20,856 nt of DNA from Candidatus Thorarchaeota archaeon (GCA_011364905.1 RDNZ01000011.1:50465-71320); one strand, 5' to 3'. Positions 1-9,608 are shown, numbered from the stretch's first letter. A program made the numbers and translations. Notes: a model not told the origin generated them from the letters alone.

Positions 1-316
1 CATGATCAATGTTGGTGGCCTCAAGGCATATCCGAGAGAGATTGAGGATATCTTCTTCGAACACCCAAAGGTAGCAATGGCGGCTGTCATTGGTCTGCCG
101 AGAGAGGAGGACCCATCTAATGAGTACGTCAAAGCATTTATCGTCCTAAAGAAGGGTGAAACGGCTACAGAAGAAGAGTTCATCGCATGGGCAAAGGAAC
201 ACATGGCGGGCTATAAGCGACCGAGAGAAGTGGAGTTTGTGGACTCGTTACCCATGACCCAAGTAGGAAAAGTCCTCAGAAGAGAGCTTCGTGAAGCAGA
301 ACTCGCTAAGAAGTAA
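1..316 (+). CDS. Long-chain fatty acid--CoA ligase (AMP-binding family), C-terminal part; 5' end lies outside the window
   Basis: Contains INVGG.KAYPREIED, HPKV..AAVIG, MAGYKRPREVEFVDSLP..VGKVLRR (A10 catalytic Lys). 70 of 94 residues are identical by manual alignment to the C-terminus of the next gene. Confidence 0.93.
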   Translation, partial: MINVGGLKAYPREIEDIFFEHPKVAMAAVIGLPREEDPSNEYVKAFIVLKKGETATEEEFIAWAKEHMAGYKRPREVEFVDSLPMTQVGKVLRRELREAELAKK

Positions 317-330
317 ACCTTTGAAACTCT

Positions 331-366
331 GGGGAAGTGATTACTTCCCCTTTCGCTTTCTTTTTC
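331..366 (+). terminator. Stem-loop plus T-rich tract after the first CoA ligase
   Basis: GGGGAAGT-gatt-ACTTCCCC (331-350) followed by tttcgctttctttttc. Confidence 0.65.
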
Positions 367-474
367 ATACATTTTCGTGCATATTTTGTCTTCCTTAACA
401 AATATCAGGAGGCAAGACTATAGGAATCAGCTAAGAAATTCTTGATTGTTTAGAAAGAGCGTGAGCTGAGAGAG

Positions 475-2232
475 ATGGACGAACTATATTGGCAGAAGAA
501 AGAAGCGTGGCCGGAAACCGCTTCTCCAGCATTGGACTACCCAGAAGAACCATTGTTTGCGATGTTGGACAGGGCGGCAAGCAAAAGCGGAGACTTACCG
601 TATACAGTGTTTATGGACAAGTCTCAGACTTATAGAGAAGTCAAGGAACATTCGGATAGAATTGCCAATTTTCTAGCAAGCAAAGGTATTGGAGCAAGTA
701 ATACTGTGGCAATTTTCTTGCCTAATGTGCCTCAGTTCCCAGCTGTCTTCTTTGGGGCTCTAAAGACAGGAGCAAAAGTTGTTACCTGTAATCCATTGTA
801 CAAACCAAATGAACTGAACTTCCAGCTAAAGGACACCGATGCTGAGATTGTTTTCGTTCTGGACCATCCTACCTTCACCCCTACATGCTATGAGGCGATT
901 AAGGGAACAAAGGTTCATACTGTTGTTGTATGCAGCGTCAAGCCGTTCCTCTCAAAACCAAAGGCGATTCTTGGAGGTCTTTTGGGGAAGATTCCAAAGA
1001 GTCCGTACTATGAGGCTGACAAGACCTTATTCTATGATGATATCCTCAAGAGGTACGAGCCGAAAGCACCGGATGTCACAATTGATCCCAAGAGCACTGC
1101 TGTGATAATCTATACTGGTGGAACAACGGGAACACCGAAGGGAGCAGAACTCTCCCACTATAATCTAGTATCTAATGTCCTTCAGATTCTAGAGTGGGTC
1201 TATCTGAGAGAGGAAGACGGAGGGGGAGTTGGAGGGGTCCGATATGGTGAGGAGGTGAATGTTGGAGCCATTCCATGGTACCATAGCTATGGCCTCACAC
1301 TCTGCCTATTGAATGCAACTTGGTCTGCCGGAAAACTTGTCTGTATTCCTGATCCACGTTCCGGAAATCCACCGCTCACAGATTTACTAAAAGAACTCGA
1401 GAGGACCAAGTGTACGGTATTCAATTGTGTGCCCGCGCTCTATGCCGGAATTGCCAATCATCCAGATGTCGGCAAATATGATTTGTCAACAATAAGAATT
1501 TGCGGTTCTGGAGCAGCTCCTCTGCCGCCTGAGGTGGCGAAGGGATTTGAAAATGTGACAGGAGCATTGGTGTATGAGGGTTATGGTCTTACTGAAACCT
1601 CGCCAACAACTCATAGTAATCCAACCAACAAGAAGTATAGGAAGTTTGGTTCCATAGGACTTCCATTACCAGACACTAGTTGCAAGATTCTTGATATTGA
1701 AACCGGGACTAAGGAGATGCCAATTGGCGAGAAGGGTGAGATCGCTATCAATGGGCCGCAAGTTTTCTCGGGATATTGGAGAAAGCCAGAAGAAACCGCC
1801 AACGTGATGCGGGAGATTGGTGGAAAGCGGTACTTCCTCACGGGAGACGTTGGTTACATGGATGAGCTTGGCTACACCTACATCAGTGACAGAAAGAAGC
1901 AGATGATCAATGTAGGCGGGATGAAAGCGTACCCCCGAGAGATTGAGGACATACTATTCACCCATCCGAAGGTGAAGATGGCCGCCGCTGTAGGTATTCC
2001 ACGTGATAATGATCCTTCCAACGAGTTTGTGAAGGCCTACATTCAGTTGAAGGATGGCGAAACAGCCTCTCCAGAGGAGTTCGTTGAGTGGGCAAAGGAC
2101 AAGATGGCAGGCTACAAGCGGCCCAGAGAGGTCAAGATTGTAGATTCTCTTCCGCTAAGCAATGTTGGTAAAGTCTTGAGACGCGTGCTTCTCGAGGAGG
2201 AACTCAAAGAGAGAGGAAAGCAGCCTTCCTGA
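475..2232 (+). CDS. fadD: Long-chain fatty acid--CoA ligase (FadD/LcfB-like)
   Basis: P-loop YTGGTTGTPKG, SGAAPLP, EGYGLTETSP, TGDVGYMD, DRKKQMINVGG, GKVLRR; 585 aa. Confidence 0.93.
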   Translation: MDELYWQKKEAWPETASPALDYPEEPLFAMLDRAASKSGDLPYTVFMDKSQTYREVKEHSDRIANFLASKGIGASNTVAIFLPNVPQFPAVFFGALKTGAKVVTCNPLYKPNELNFQLKDTDAEIVFVLDHPTFTPTCYEAIKGTKVHTVVVCSVKPFLSKPKAILGGLLGKIPKSPYYEADKTLFYDDILKRYEPKAPDVTIDPKSTAVIIYTGGTTGTPKGAELSHYNLVSNVLQILEWVYLREEDGGGVGGVRYGEEVNVGAIPWYHSYGLTLCLLNATWSAGKLVCIPDPRSGNPPLTDLLKELERTKCTVFNCVPALYAGIANHPDVGKYDLSTIRICGSGAAPLPPEVAKGFENVTGALVYEGYGLTETSPTTHSNPTNKKYRKFGSIGLPLPDTSCKILDIETGTKEMPIGEKGEIAINGPQVFSGYWRKPEETANVMREIGGKRYFLTGDVGYMDELGYTYISDRKKQMINVGGMKAYPREIEDILFTHPKVKMAAAVGIPRDNDPSNEFVKAYIQLKDGETASPEEFVEWAKDKMAGYKRPREVKIVDSLPLSNVGKVLRRVLLEEELKERGKQPS

Positions 2233-2298
2233 TTGGTTTATTAGGGAGTACGGATATAATGGTTGATTTGTAACATTCGTTAATTAGAGGTGGTTGGA

Positions 2299-2931
2299 TT
2301 GTCGCCTTCTTGGAAAAGAATCGGAGCATATTTGGGAATACTTGGTGGAATTATCTTCGTTGTTGTCACATTCATTGCAATGTTGACATATCCAGGTGGA
2401 TATAACTTCATTGAATACTCCTTCAGTTCGCTTGGACAGACAGTAATCAATAGCACACCATCAATGCTGAACTACTATTTGTTCGTGACTGCCTGTTCGG
2501 GCGCAGCTGTTTGTCTGATACCATTCTTGTTTGCAATGAGGACATACTTCACAGAAACAACAAGTTTCAAGGTTTTGAGCTGGCTCGGAACTCTCTTGGG
2601 ACTTGGAGCAGCGGTTAATCTCTCAGCCCTATCAATATTCGCAGGGAATCTCTATGGTGAGATACACGGGAATACGACTAGGCTTTTCTTCATACTAATC
2701 ATGTTGGGAATTCTTTGCTACTCAATTGCGATACTGAAGAAGAGTGAATATGAGAACATCTATGCAGTGATTGGACTTGTTGTCGTGGTCATTTGTTTCC
2801 TATATATCATGGGGCTCTTTGGAATCATGTCGGACATTATTGGTTCTAATCTTTGGCAGAAAATATCAGTCTACGCATTGGTGCTCTGGTCAGTCTTCCA
2901 GGGCTACAAGCTCCTAAAGGTCTTTGACTAG
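2299..2931 (+). CDS. DUF998-like multi-pass membrane protein (about 6 TM)
   Basis: TM1 followed by YPGGYNF..YSFSSLG, then five more hydrophobic segments with a conserved-looking His (GEIHG). TTG start placed 6 nt after GAGGTG; the ORF track starts at GTG 2290. Confidence 0.7.
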   Translation: MSPSWKRIGAYLGILGGIIFVVVTFIAMLTYPGGYNFIEYSFSSLGQTVINSTPSMLNYYLFVTACSGAAVCLIPFLFAMRTYFTETTSFKVLSWLGTLLGLGAAVNLSALSIFAGNLYGEIHGNTTRLFFILIMLGILCYSIAILKKSEYENIYAVIGLVVVVICFLYIMGLFGIMSDIIGSNLWQKISVYALVLWSVFQGYKLLKVFD

Positions 2932-2948
2932 TAATAAGTCTAGAAACG

Positions 2949-2967
2949 GGGGAGGTATTGCCTCCCC
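2949..2967. terminator. Hairpin between convergent genes (possibly bidirectional terminator)
   Basis: GGGGAGGT-att-GCCTCCCC in the 45-bp gap between the convergent stops at 2931 and 2977. Confidence 0.55.
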
Positions 2968-2976
2968 GCTTATTTC

Positions 2977-3735
2977 TTAGATGTTCTCAAGAGATGCGTG
3001 TATGGTTGCTCCACAGTAGTTACATTGAGCCTCCAGAGGACCAACCCAATCAACGCTTTCATGAGAGATTTGAGCACCACATGATGGACACTCTACAGGT
3101 AGCCGGACCGTAGTAGTTCTACTTCCATGTGTTTGAACGCTACCTCTGGAATCCTCAGGGATGGCATGGATTGGAGCATCAACCAATATGGTGTCCGATC
3201 TCCTAGGAGATTGTCCCTTCCGTCGCCAACGTCTTGCACCCACGATGCAGATAATCAAGGGAAGGAGAAACGCTAGTACCATTAACAAAATAATCAGATC
3301 GAAGAAGGAAAGCGACTGGAAAAATCCAGGAATATGAGAATCATCGTACACTCCAATCCGGTAGAACCCGCTTGTGTCAGAGTAAACGGAGTTCTCAGAC
3401 ACACGAACATAGACTGTGCTTGCTGAAGTCAAATCGAAATCCACACGAGGATAGTTCCCATAATCCGTTCCACTCTCAGCAATCACATTGGTGTATGCAC
3501 TGTCATAGGCCACCGTGATCTTCACCTGTAAGTCCCAGAAGGAATCTGGATTTACAATCACTGTCCAATGACCCGACTCCAAGTCAGCCACATAGCTATT
3601 GGTGCTGAAACTCGAAACATATTCGTCATTCCTCGTGATATTAGCAACCAGATTGGATTGGGCATTAACAGTCCCTAGTAGGAAGAACAGTGATACTATA
3701 AAGGCCACAAGCAGGATTGATCGTCTTTGGTACAC
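2977..3735 (-). CDS. Single-pass membrane protein: signal peptide, extracellular beta-rich (PPC-like) domain, TM helix, cytoplasmic zinc ribbon
   Basis: Signal peptide ending VNA; TM FFDLIILLMVLAFLLPLIICIVGA followed by RRWRRK; C-terminal CPSC-x20-CNYC; GAGGTG upstream of the GTG start. Confidence 0.75.
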   Translation of the reverse strand: MYQRRSILLVAFIVSLFFLLGTVNAQSNLVANITRNDEYVSSFSTNSYVADLESGHWTVIVNPDSFWDLQVKITVAYDSAYTNVIAESGTDYGNYPRVDFDLTSASTVYVRVSENSVYSDTSGFYRIGVYDDSHIPGFFQSLSFFDLIILLMVLAFLLPLIICIVGARRWRRKGQSPRRSDTILVDAPIHAIPEDSRGSVQTHGSRTTTVRLPVECPSCGAQISHESVDWVGPLEAQCNYCGATIHASLENI

Positions 3736-3794
3736 CTGTCGTCCACCTCAAACTGGTGTACACACCTCATGATATTAGACTTGTCAGCAGATAT

Positions 3795-4322
3795 TCATTC
3801 TGACTTTCCGGATCCAGAGGTCTTATGCTGCTTTCCAAGTTCAATGTATAACTGAGCACCGGCCATGAATGCCTCTTTCATTGATTCTGAAACTTCCTTG
3901 ACCACCTTTCCAGGAATGCCAAGGACCAGACTTCCATCAGGAACTACTGTCCCTTCAGTCACAACTGACCCAGCTCCAATCACACAATCATTACCGACCT
4001 TTGCACCATCGAGGACAATTGCTCCCATTCCGATGACCGTCCTATCACCGATCTCACAAGCATGAAGAACACAGTTGTGACCCGCAGTAACGTAGTCACC
4101 AATGATAGTTGCATGCATGAACGTAGTGTGCACGGAACAATTGTCTTGGATCGATGATCCTTTTCCAACGCGTATAGAGTTCAAATCAGCTCGGATGACT
4201 GCAGACTCCCAAATGCTAGAATCAGGTCCGACCTCGACATCTCCAATCAGATTTGCACGAGGTGATACGTAGGCATTAGGGTCGACTCTGGGCTTTTTGC
4301 CATCGAATTCGTAAAGTCCCAT
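3795..4322 (-). CDS. Gamma carbonic anhydrase family protein (YrdA/CaiE/PaaY-like, left-handed beta helix)
   Basis: LIGDVEVG..SSIW..AVIRADLNSI.VG..S.IQDNCSVH, GHNCVLHACEIG (three Zn-binding His), IGMGAIVLDGA, G.PGK. Start reassigned to ATG 4322 (MGLYEF) with GGTG upstream. Confidence 0.92.
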   Translation of the reverse strand: MGLYEFDGKKPRVDPNAYVSPRANLIGDVEVGPDSSIWESAVIRADLNSIRVGKGSSIQDNCSVHTTFMHATIIGDYVTAGHNCVLHACEIGDRTVIGMGAIVLDGAKVGNDCVIGAGSVVTEGTVVPDGSLVLGIPGKVVKEVSESMKEAFMAGAQLYIELGKQHKTSGSGKSE

Positions 4323-4410
4323 TCTATGCACCTTGAAAAATGAGTACAAGGTTTCTTCTTTAAGCATATTGAAATATGACAACACAGAGGCAGTTGGGAG
4401 ATTGGTTCTG

Positions 4411-4995
4411 ATGCCGATTACTCCGCTTCATTATCCTCTTGCATTTGCCTTATCCAAAGCGAACAAGAAACTCATACTACCTGGACTGGTTGTTGGAGCG
4501 GTGATTCCGGACATCGAAGTCCCAATAATGTGGGTCTTCTTTAGCGATTTGCCAGACCATCTTTTCCTCCATAGTCTAGTAGGAGCTGCTACTGTGGGGA
4601 CCGCCCTTGCAGTCTTCAGTACATGGTTGCTTTACTCTCCCCTGATCTCTACAATATTCAGAGTGGATAAAGGCAATCTGAAGCAGGCATGCAGTCTATC
4701 AGGTATGCTTGTTCTCTCCTGTCTAATTGGTGTCCTATCGCATCTTCTACTAGACTTTCCCATGCATTGGTTCAATCCGATTCTGTGGCCATGGGTGAAT
4801 CCCTATGACATTGTAGGACCACTTGTTCTCTTCTTTGCACCATATGGCCCCATCAATGGGACTGCCTATTGGATGGCAAATCGACTTACAAATGCAGCCA
4901 TGATTGTTGCTTGGATTCCAATTCTGCTCTATTATCGCGACAAAGACCTTTGGAGCAATCACTGGCTTGGAAAATCTCATACAGAGAAGTTTTAG
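4411..4995 (+). CDS. DUF4184 / YdjM-like membrane-bound metal-dependent hydrolase family protein
   Basis: MPITPLH start, GAVIPDIE, H.FLHS, SHLLLDFPMH motifs; ATG at 4411 preferred over the upstream TTG. Confidence 0.78.
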   Translation: MPITPLHYPLAFALSKANKKLILPGLVVGAVIPDIEVPIMWVFFSDLPDHLFLHSLVGAATVGTALAVFSTWLLYSPLISTIFRVDKGNLKQACSLSGMLVLSCLIGVLSHLLLDFPMHWFNPILWPWVNPYDIVGPLVLFFAPYGPINGTAYWMANRLTNAAMIVAWIPILLYYRDKDLWSNHWLGKSHTEKF

Positions 4996-5930
4996 TAACT
5001 TGGGACGTACCACTCTTCAAGAGATACGTATGACTGCGTATCAACGACACTCTCATCTTCATACAACTCTCGAAGGAATCCATTGAATGACTCAATACTT
5101 TCCGTCCGAACGGTAGCAAGCAGTGTGTAGTCCTCACTGGTTCGATAGAGATCCCATATTGTATCCATGTCAGCAAGTCTTTGTGCGACTTCACTTGCAG
5201 TGCCTGGTGACACTTTGACTCTGACAAAGAATTTTACCGGTAGACCGATGAGACTGAAATCGATATCAATCGAATAACCGACTATTGCTCTTTTTATGAC
5301 AAGTCTATCAATTGCCTTCGACACTGCAGATTGCGCCATGCGGGGATTCATTAGTTTCCCTATTGCCGCTTGCGTGAGCGGAAACGGTCTCTCTATGGTC
5401 GGTCGTTGATGCCTTATAATTCTGAGAAGAGATAGGTCCTTTGACGAGAGTTGTGATTCAGATGATTCTGTGTGTGAAATCTTGCATCGATTCTTCTTGT
5501 ATGTTGTGAGAATCTGAACAAGGTTATACTTCCCCGTTCCTGAACTTGCCACTACGCTATCTACTCTATCGAGTAGACCTTCAAATGGTCCTTGACTATC
5601 GAACCTGAAGAATCCTATTAGTGAGAACTCACCTGCGATACCATCTAGTGACTCGAGTTCTTCCATTTGCAGTATCTTTTTGCTGACATTTTGTTCTCTG
5701 GGATTGGTTTTTACGAACAGAATAGTATCCCTCGCTGATTTGACTTGGGCAGGATTAACAATCGTCGTGTAGCTTCGAATCGCACCTTTCTTCACGAGAC
5801 CTTTGATGGAACGCGATACCCAGTTTCGACTCTTTCCAAGTGTTGTTCCTATGATTGCAGGTGTGTTGTGGGAATTCTGTACGAGTACTTCTAGGAGCTG
5901 CTTTTCTAATTCTGATAATATCATTCGCAT
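4992..5930 (-). CDS. Lrp/AsnC family transcriptional regulator with two HTH-RAM units
   Basis: N-terminal HTH (IGTTLGKSRNWVSRSIKGLVKKGAIRSYT), second HTH (QSAVSKAIDRLVIKRAIVGYSIDIDFSLIG), C-terminal RAM domain (LYRTSEDYTLLATV); divergent from ahcY. Confidence 0.85.
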   Translation of the reverse strand: MRMILSELEKQLLEVLVQNSHNTPAIIGTTLGKSRNWVSRSIKGLVKKGAIRSYTTIVNPAQVKSARDTILFVKTNPREQNVSKKILQMEELESLDGIAGEFSLIGFFRFDSQGPFEGLLDRVDSVVASSGTGKYNLVQILTTYKKNRCKISHTESSESQLSSKDLSLLRIIRHQRPTIERPFPLTQAAIGKLMNPRMAQSAVSKAIDRLVIKRAIVGYSIDIDFSLIGLPVKFFVRVKVSPGTASEVAQRLADMDTIWDLYRTSEDYTLLATVRTESIESFNGFLRELYEDESVVDTQSYVSLEEWYVPSY

Positions 5931-6017
5931 TATTTCCCCTCACTGGTTGTGCATTTCATTCCAATTTACTATGTAGTATTCATATAGTTAATAGTTTTTT
6001 CATAGCATGTGATCCAC

Positions 6018-7277
6018 ATGACTGAGTATAAGGTCAAAGACATTGATCTTGCTGAAGAAGGCAGAATGCTAATCGACTATGCCGAGAAGCACATGCCTGT
6101 TCTTATGCATTTGAGAAAGAAATATGCTGAAAAGAAGCCTCTCAAGGGGATGAGGATTGCTGGCTGTCTGCATGTGACAAAGGAAACGGCTGTGCTTGTG
6201 GAAACCTTGCGAGCTGTAGGAGCAGATGTCGCCTGGTCTGGTTGTAACCCTCTCTCCACAAATGACAAGGTCGCTGCAGGGCTTGCTGCAAATGATGTTC
6301 CAATTTACGCTTGGCACGACCTGAGCAAAGAGGAGTATTACTGGTGTATTGAGCAGACGCTCAAGTCTGAGCCGACGCTGACACTTGATGATGGGGCGGA
6401 TCTAATCTTCACCCTTCACAACAAACACCAAGAACTTATTCATAATCTCTATGGCGGATCTGAAGAAACCACGACTGGTGTGATTCGAGTCCGTGCAATG
6501 GCCGCAGATGGTGCCTTAAAGTACCCAATCATGGCGGTGAATGATGCTGATACCAAGCACCTGTTCGATAATGTATATGGAACAGGACAAAGTGTGTTTG
6601 ATGGAGTCATGAGAGCCTCAGCTATCCTGATTGCAGGAAAGACTGTGGTCATTGGAGGATATGGTTACTGTGGTCGTGGAATGGCTGACCGTGCAAGAGG
6701 TCTTGGTGCTAGTGTGATTGTCACTGAAGTGGATCCAGTCCGTGCTCTTCAGGCCAGAATGGATGGTTTCAGAGTCATGCCGATGAATGATGCTGCTAGT
6801 GAGGGAGACTTATTCATCACAGCCACAGGGATGAAAGATGTCATCACTGGTGACCACTTCAAGGTCATGAAGGATGGAGCAATGTTTGGCAATGCAGGGC
6901 ACTACAATGTTGAGGTCAATGAGCCAGATCTGATTGCACTCAGTAAGGGTCCAAAGAAACGTGTACGTCATGCGCTTGATGAGTACGAAATGAAGGATGG
7001 ACGTCGACTGTATCTACTGGGCGAGGGTCGGTTAGTCAATCTGGCGGCTGCTGAAGGACACCCAAGTGAAGTCATGGACCTCAGTTTCTCGAGCCAGTTG
7101 AACGCCATGATTTGGATGACAAAGAATGGTAAGGACCTCAAGCCTGCGGTATACGAGTTCCCCAAAGAACTTGACAAGGAAACCGCACTAGCCAAGCTTG
7201 AAACCATGGGTATCTCCATAGACAAGTGGACTGAGGAGCAAGAGCGTTACGCCAAGGCATATGCAGAAGGAACATAG
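6018..7277 (+). CDS. ahcY: Adenosylhomocysteinase (SAH hydrolase)
   Basis: GCLHVTKET, CNPLST, DDGADL, EETTTG, TKHLFDNVYGTGQS, GYGYCGRG, NAGHYNVE, GEGRLVNLAAAEGHPSEVMD; C-terminal EGT. Start ATG 6018 (alternative GTG 6009). Confidence 0.98.
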   Translation: MTEYKVKDIDLAEEGRMLIDYAEKHMPVLMHLRKKYAEKKPLKGMRIAGCLHVTKETAVLVETLRAVGADVAWSGCNPLSTNDKVAAGLAANDVPIYAWHDLSKEEYYWCIEQTLKSEPTLTLDDGADLIFTLHNKHQELIHNLYGGSEETTTGVIRVRAMAADGALKYPIMAVNDADTKHLFDNVYGTGQSVFDGVMRASAILIAGKTVVIGGYGYCGRGMADRARGLGASVIVTEVDPVRALQARMDGFRVMPMNDAASEGDLFITATGMKDVITGDHFKVMKDGAMFGNAGHYNVEVNEPDLIALSKGPKKRVRHALDEYEMKDGRRLYLLGEGRLVNLAAAEGHPSEVMDLSFSSQLNAMIWMTKNGKDLKPAVYEFPKELDKETALAKLETMGISIDKWTEEQERYAKAYAEGT

Positions 7278-7286
7278 ATCAAATAT

Positions 7287-7329
7287 CGAAGAGAGTTCAT
7301 TGACCTCTTCGCTCTCTCTTTTTGAGAGC
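7287..7329. terminator. Hairpin(s) with T tract downstream of ahcY, between convergent genes
   Basis: CGAAGAG...CTCTTCG (7287-7311), then GCTCTC-tcttttt-GAGAGC. Confidence 0.5.
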
Positions 7330-7392
7330 AAATGAAGTAATGGTAGATGATAGAATGAGTATTAATAGCGTAGCGAAATCTGAGAGCGATTT

Positions 7393-8418
7393 TCAGAGCC
7401 CATTTTTTGCAGAGTCTTGTGGTTTTGCGTCGATGAGTATGGGAGTCTTTCTGATTATTTCGGGCTCTGTTAGTAAGCCAGCTTCAATCAGTATCTCTTC
7501 TAGTCTTCGCCTAAGAGGGCTGATATTGCCAATAACTCTAGGATAAGACACAAAATCCTCAATCGACTTTATGAATGGAGATTCTTTAAGATCCTGTATG
7601 ATAGGCATCCCTTTGCCGGGACGGTCAATGAGCAGCCCCACATCAATGATTGGCTGATTGGTCGTTATGGTTGCCCACCAGAATGCTTCAGGATATTTCT
7701 CATACAACGCCATTATGATGTCTGGACCAGTTGTCTGAGCATCGTCGTAACAGATCTTCAACCTATATTCCATATCTCCCAAAGCAAATGCATCGAAACC
7801 AACAACGAAGTGGATGCCACCCCCTTCTTCTAACTCGCGTAGGATTTTCCGCACCCGTCGATGAGTAAAACCTGTTTGTTGTGCAATCTGGGAAACGGGC
7901 AGTCGAGCATCTTGATACAAACACCTGAGCACTTGTAGCTGATGCTGAGTGAAAACAACTTTCTTTCCCCTCGTATTCATAATAGAGTTGGGAGGCATAT
8001 TAGGAGAGAGATAAACAACAGGTCTCATTTCTACGTCAGTCACTCCATTAAGCCCTTCAAGATACATCTTGAGACCCAATGTTTCAGAGGCACCTGACAC
8101 CCTAGCCCAATACTCATAGCGTCTGTCACTAGTGCGATAGCAACAATTTACTATAGGCCATCTAGCAATAATTTGTTTGATGAATTCCATCGCTTTCTCA
8201 GTACCATCTGTAACGATTACACCTAGTACATCTTCTGCGCCGAGCATTTCCATGCTCACCAAAACTCCAAAGCCCACAATCACCTTCTGTTTGTGAAGTC
8301 TATTGATTCGATGCTTGACTGTGTTAGGTGAAATGCTGAGTTTTCGTGCGAGTACCTGGTACGACATCCTTGCATTGCCACATAATTCACAGATCAAAGC
8401 CCAATCTAATGGATCCAA
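7393..8418 (-). CDS. Double-HTH Lrp/AsnC-like transcriptional regulator, paralog A
   Basis: DPLDWALICELCGNARMSYQVLARKLSISPNTVKHRINRL and a second HTH DARLPVSQIAQQTGFTHRRVRKIL; TTG start with GGTGA 5 nt upstream. Confidence 0.88.
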   Translation of the reverse strand: MDPLDWALICELCGNARMSYQVLARKLSISPNTVKHRINRLHKQKVIVGFGVLVSMEMLGAEDVLGVIVTDGTEKAMEFIKQIIARWPIVNCCYRTSDRRYEYWARVSGASETLGLKMYLEGLNGVTDVEMRPVVYLSPNMPPNSIMNTRGKKVVFTQHQLQVLRCLYQDARLPVSQIAQQTGFTHRRVRKILRELEEGGGIHFVVGFDAFALGDMEYRLKICYDDAQTTGPDIIMALYEKYPEAFWWATITTNQPIIDVGLLIDRPGKGMPIIQDLKESPFIKSIEDFVSYPRVIGNISPLRRRLEEILIEAGLLTEPEIIRKTPILIDAKPQDSAKNGL

Positions 8419-8630
8419 TCAATTCACCACGCTTCGGCTGACTAGGGAAACGATTCTTGGCTGGAAGATTGGTTGGAAATTTGGGGGCTACCACGTTCCC
8501 CACAGCTAATGCAATTATATGCAACAGTTTGTTAATAAAACTGGCTCTTAAGTGAAAAATTCGAAGAGTATGAAGCAAGATAGAGCTCCTGAACAATGCT
8601 TTTGCAGTTTCTGATTCTAATTGATACCTC
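8419..8630 (-). repeat. Upstream/promoter region of paralog A, homologous to 9600-9826
   Basis: Colinear shared blocks: agattg.tt.gaaat, ggctac, atatgca, aaaact, agagt, CTAATTGATA (8617-8626). Confidence 0.65.
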
Positions 8631-8654
8631 TATTGTTCATTCCAATGTTGAAAA

Positions 8655-9608
8655 TCAAAGTCCAGCTTCTTTCAGTAGGGCCCATAGATGAGTATTGAGT
8701 CTGTTTGTACCATATATAACCCTAGGATAAGTTACAAAGTCTTCCACCGACCGGATATAAGCGGTTGCCTTGATCTCAGCTGCGATTGGTGGACCTTTGC
8801 CCGGACTGCCAATAATCAGACCGACATCAACGATTGGTTCATTGGTAGTAATAGTTGACCACATGAATACTTCTGGATGCTTCTTATATAACGACACAGC
8901 AACATCTTGACCAGTTACTTGAGCATCGTCATAGCGAATCCTCAACCTGTACTCCAAATCACCCAATTCAAATAGATTGTAGATAACATAGGTATGAATA
9001 CCACCACCTTCCTGTAAATCGTGAAGAATCCTTCTGACTCGTCTGGGAGTGAATCCTGTTTCTTGAGAGATCTGAGAAACTGGCTTTCTAGAGTCCAAAA
9101 TCAAAGTCTTTAGTACATGTAGCTGGTCACGAGAAAAAATGACCTTCTTCCCCCTGGTATTTCCAACGTAGCTGGGTGGTTTATTGGGATAAAAGAGTTC
9201 AATGGGTTGCATCTGTACATTCGTCGCGCAATCAAGTCCTGTCAGAAAGCGTCTCAGTCCTAGTGTTTCACTCGCCCCTTTCACCATGGCCCAGTACTCA
9301 TAGCGCCTATCAGCGTTGCGACAGATATCACAAACCATGGGCTGGTCGGCTATCATTTTCATAAGCTCTATCACATCCTCAGACCCATCGGTAGTGACAA
9401 AACCAGATACCATTTCAGCACCAAGCGTTTCAAAGCTCACACAAATGCCAAACTTCGTAATCACTCCTTTCTCGCGAAGTCTGTTTAAACGGTTCTTGAC
9501 GGTGTTTGTTGAAATATTGAACTTCTTCGCGAGTGCTTTGTAAGGCATCCTTACATTGCCGCATAATTCACATATCAAGGCCCAGTCTAATGGATCCAAA
9601 CTACTCAT
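8655..9608 (-). CDS. Double-HTH Lrp/AsnC-like transcriptional regulator, paralog B
   Basis: Same architecture as 7393-8418, with shared blocks DPLDWALICELCGN, DRRYEYWA, GASETLGL, NTRGKKV, EGGGIH, TITTN.PI.DVGL, EDFV.YPRVI. Confidence 0.88.
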   Translation of the reverse strand: MSSLDPLDWALICELCGNVRMPYKALAKKFNISTNTVKNRLNRLREKGVITKFGICVSFETLGAEMVSGFVTTDGSEDVIELMKMIADQPMVCDICRNADRRYEYWAMVKGASETLGLRRFLTGLDCATNVQMQPIELFYPNKPPSYVGNTRGKKVIFSRDQLHVLKTLILDSRKPVSQISQETGFTPRRVRRILHDLQEGGGIHTYVIYNLFELGDLEYRLRIRYDDAQVTGQDVAVSLYKKHPEVFMWSTITTNEPIVDVGLIIGSPGKGPPIAAEIKATAYIRSVEDFVTYPRVIYGTNRLNTHLWALLKEAGL

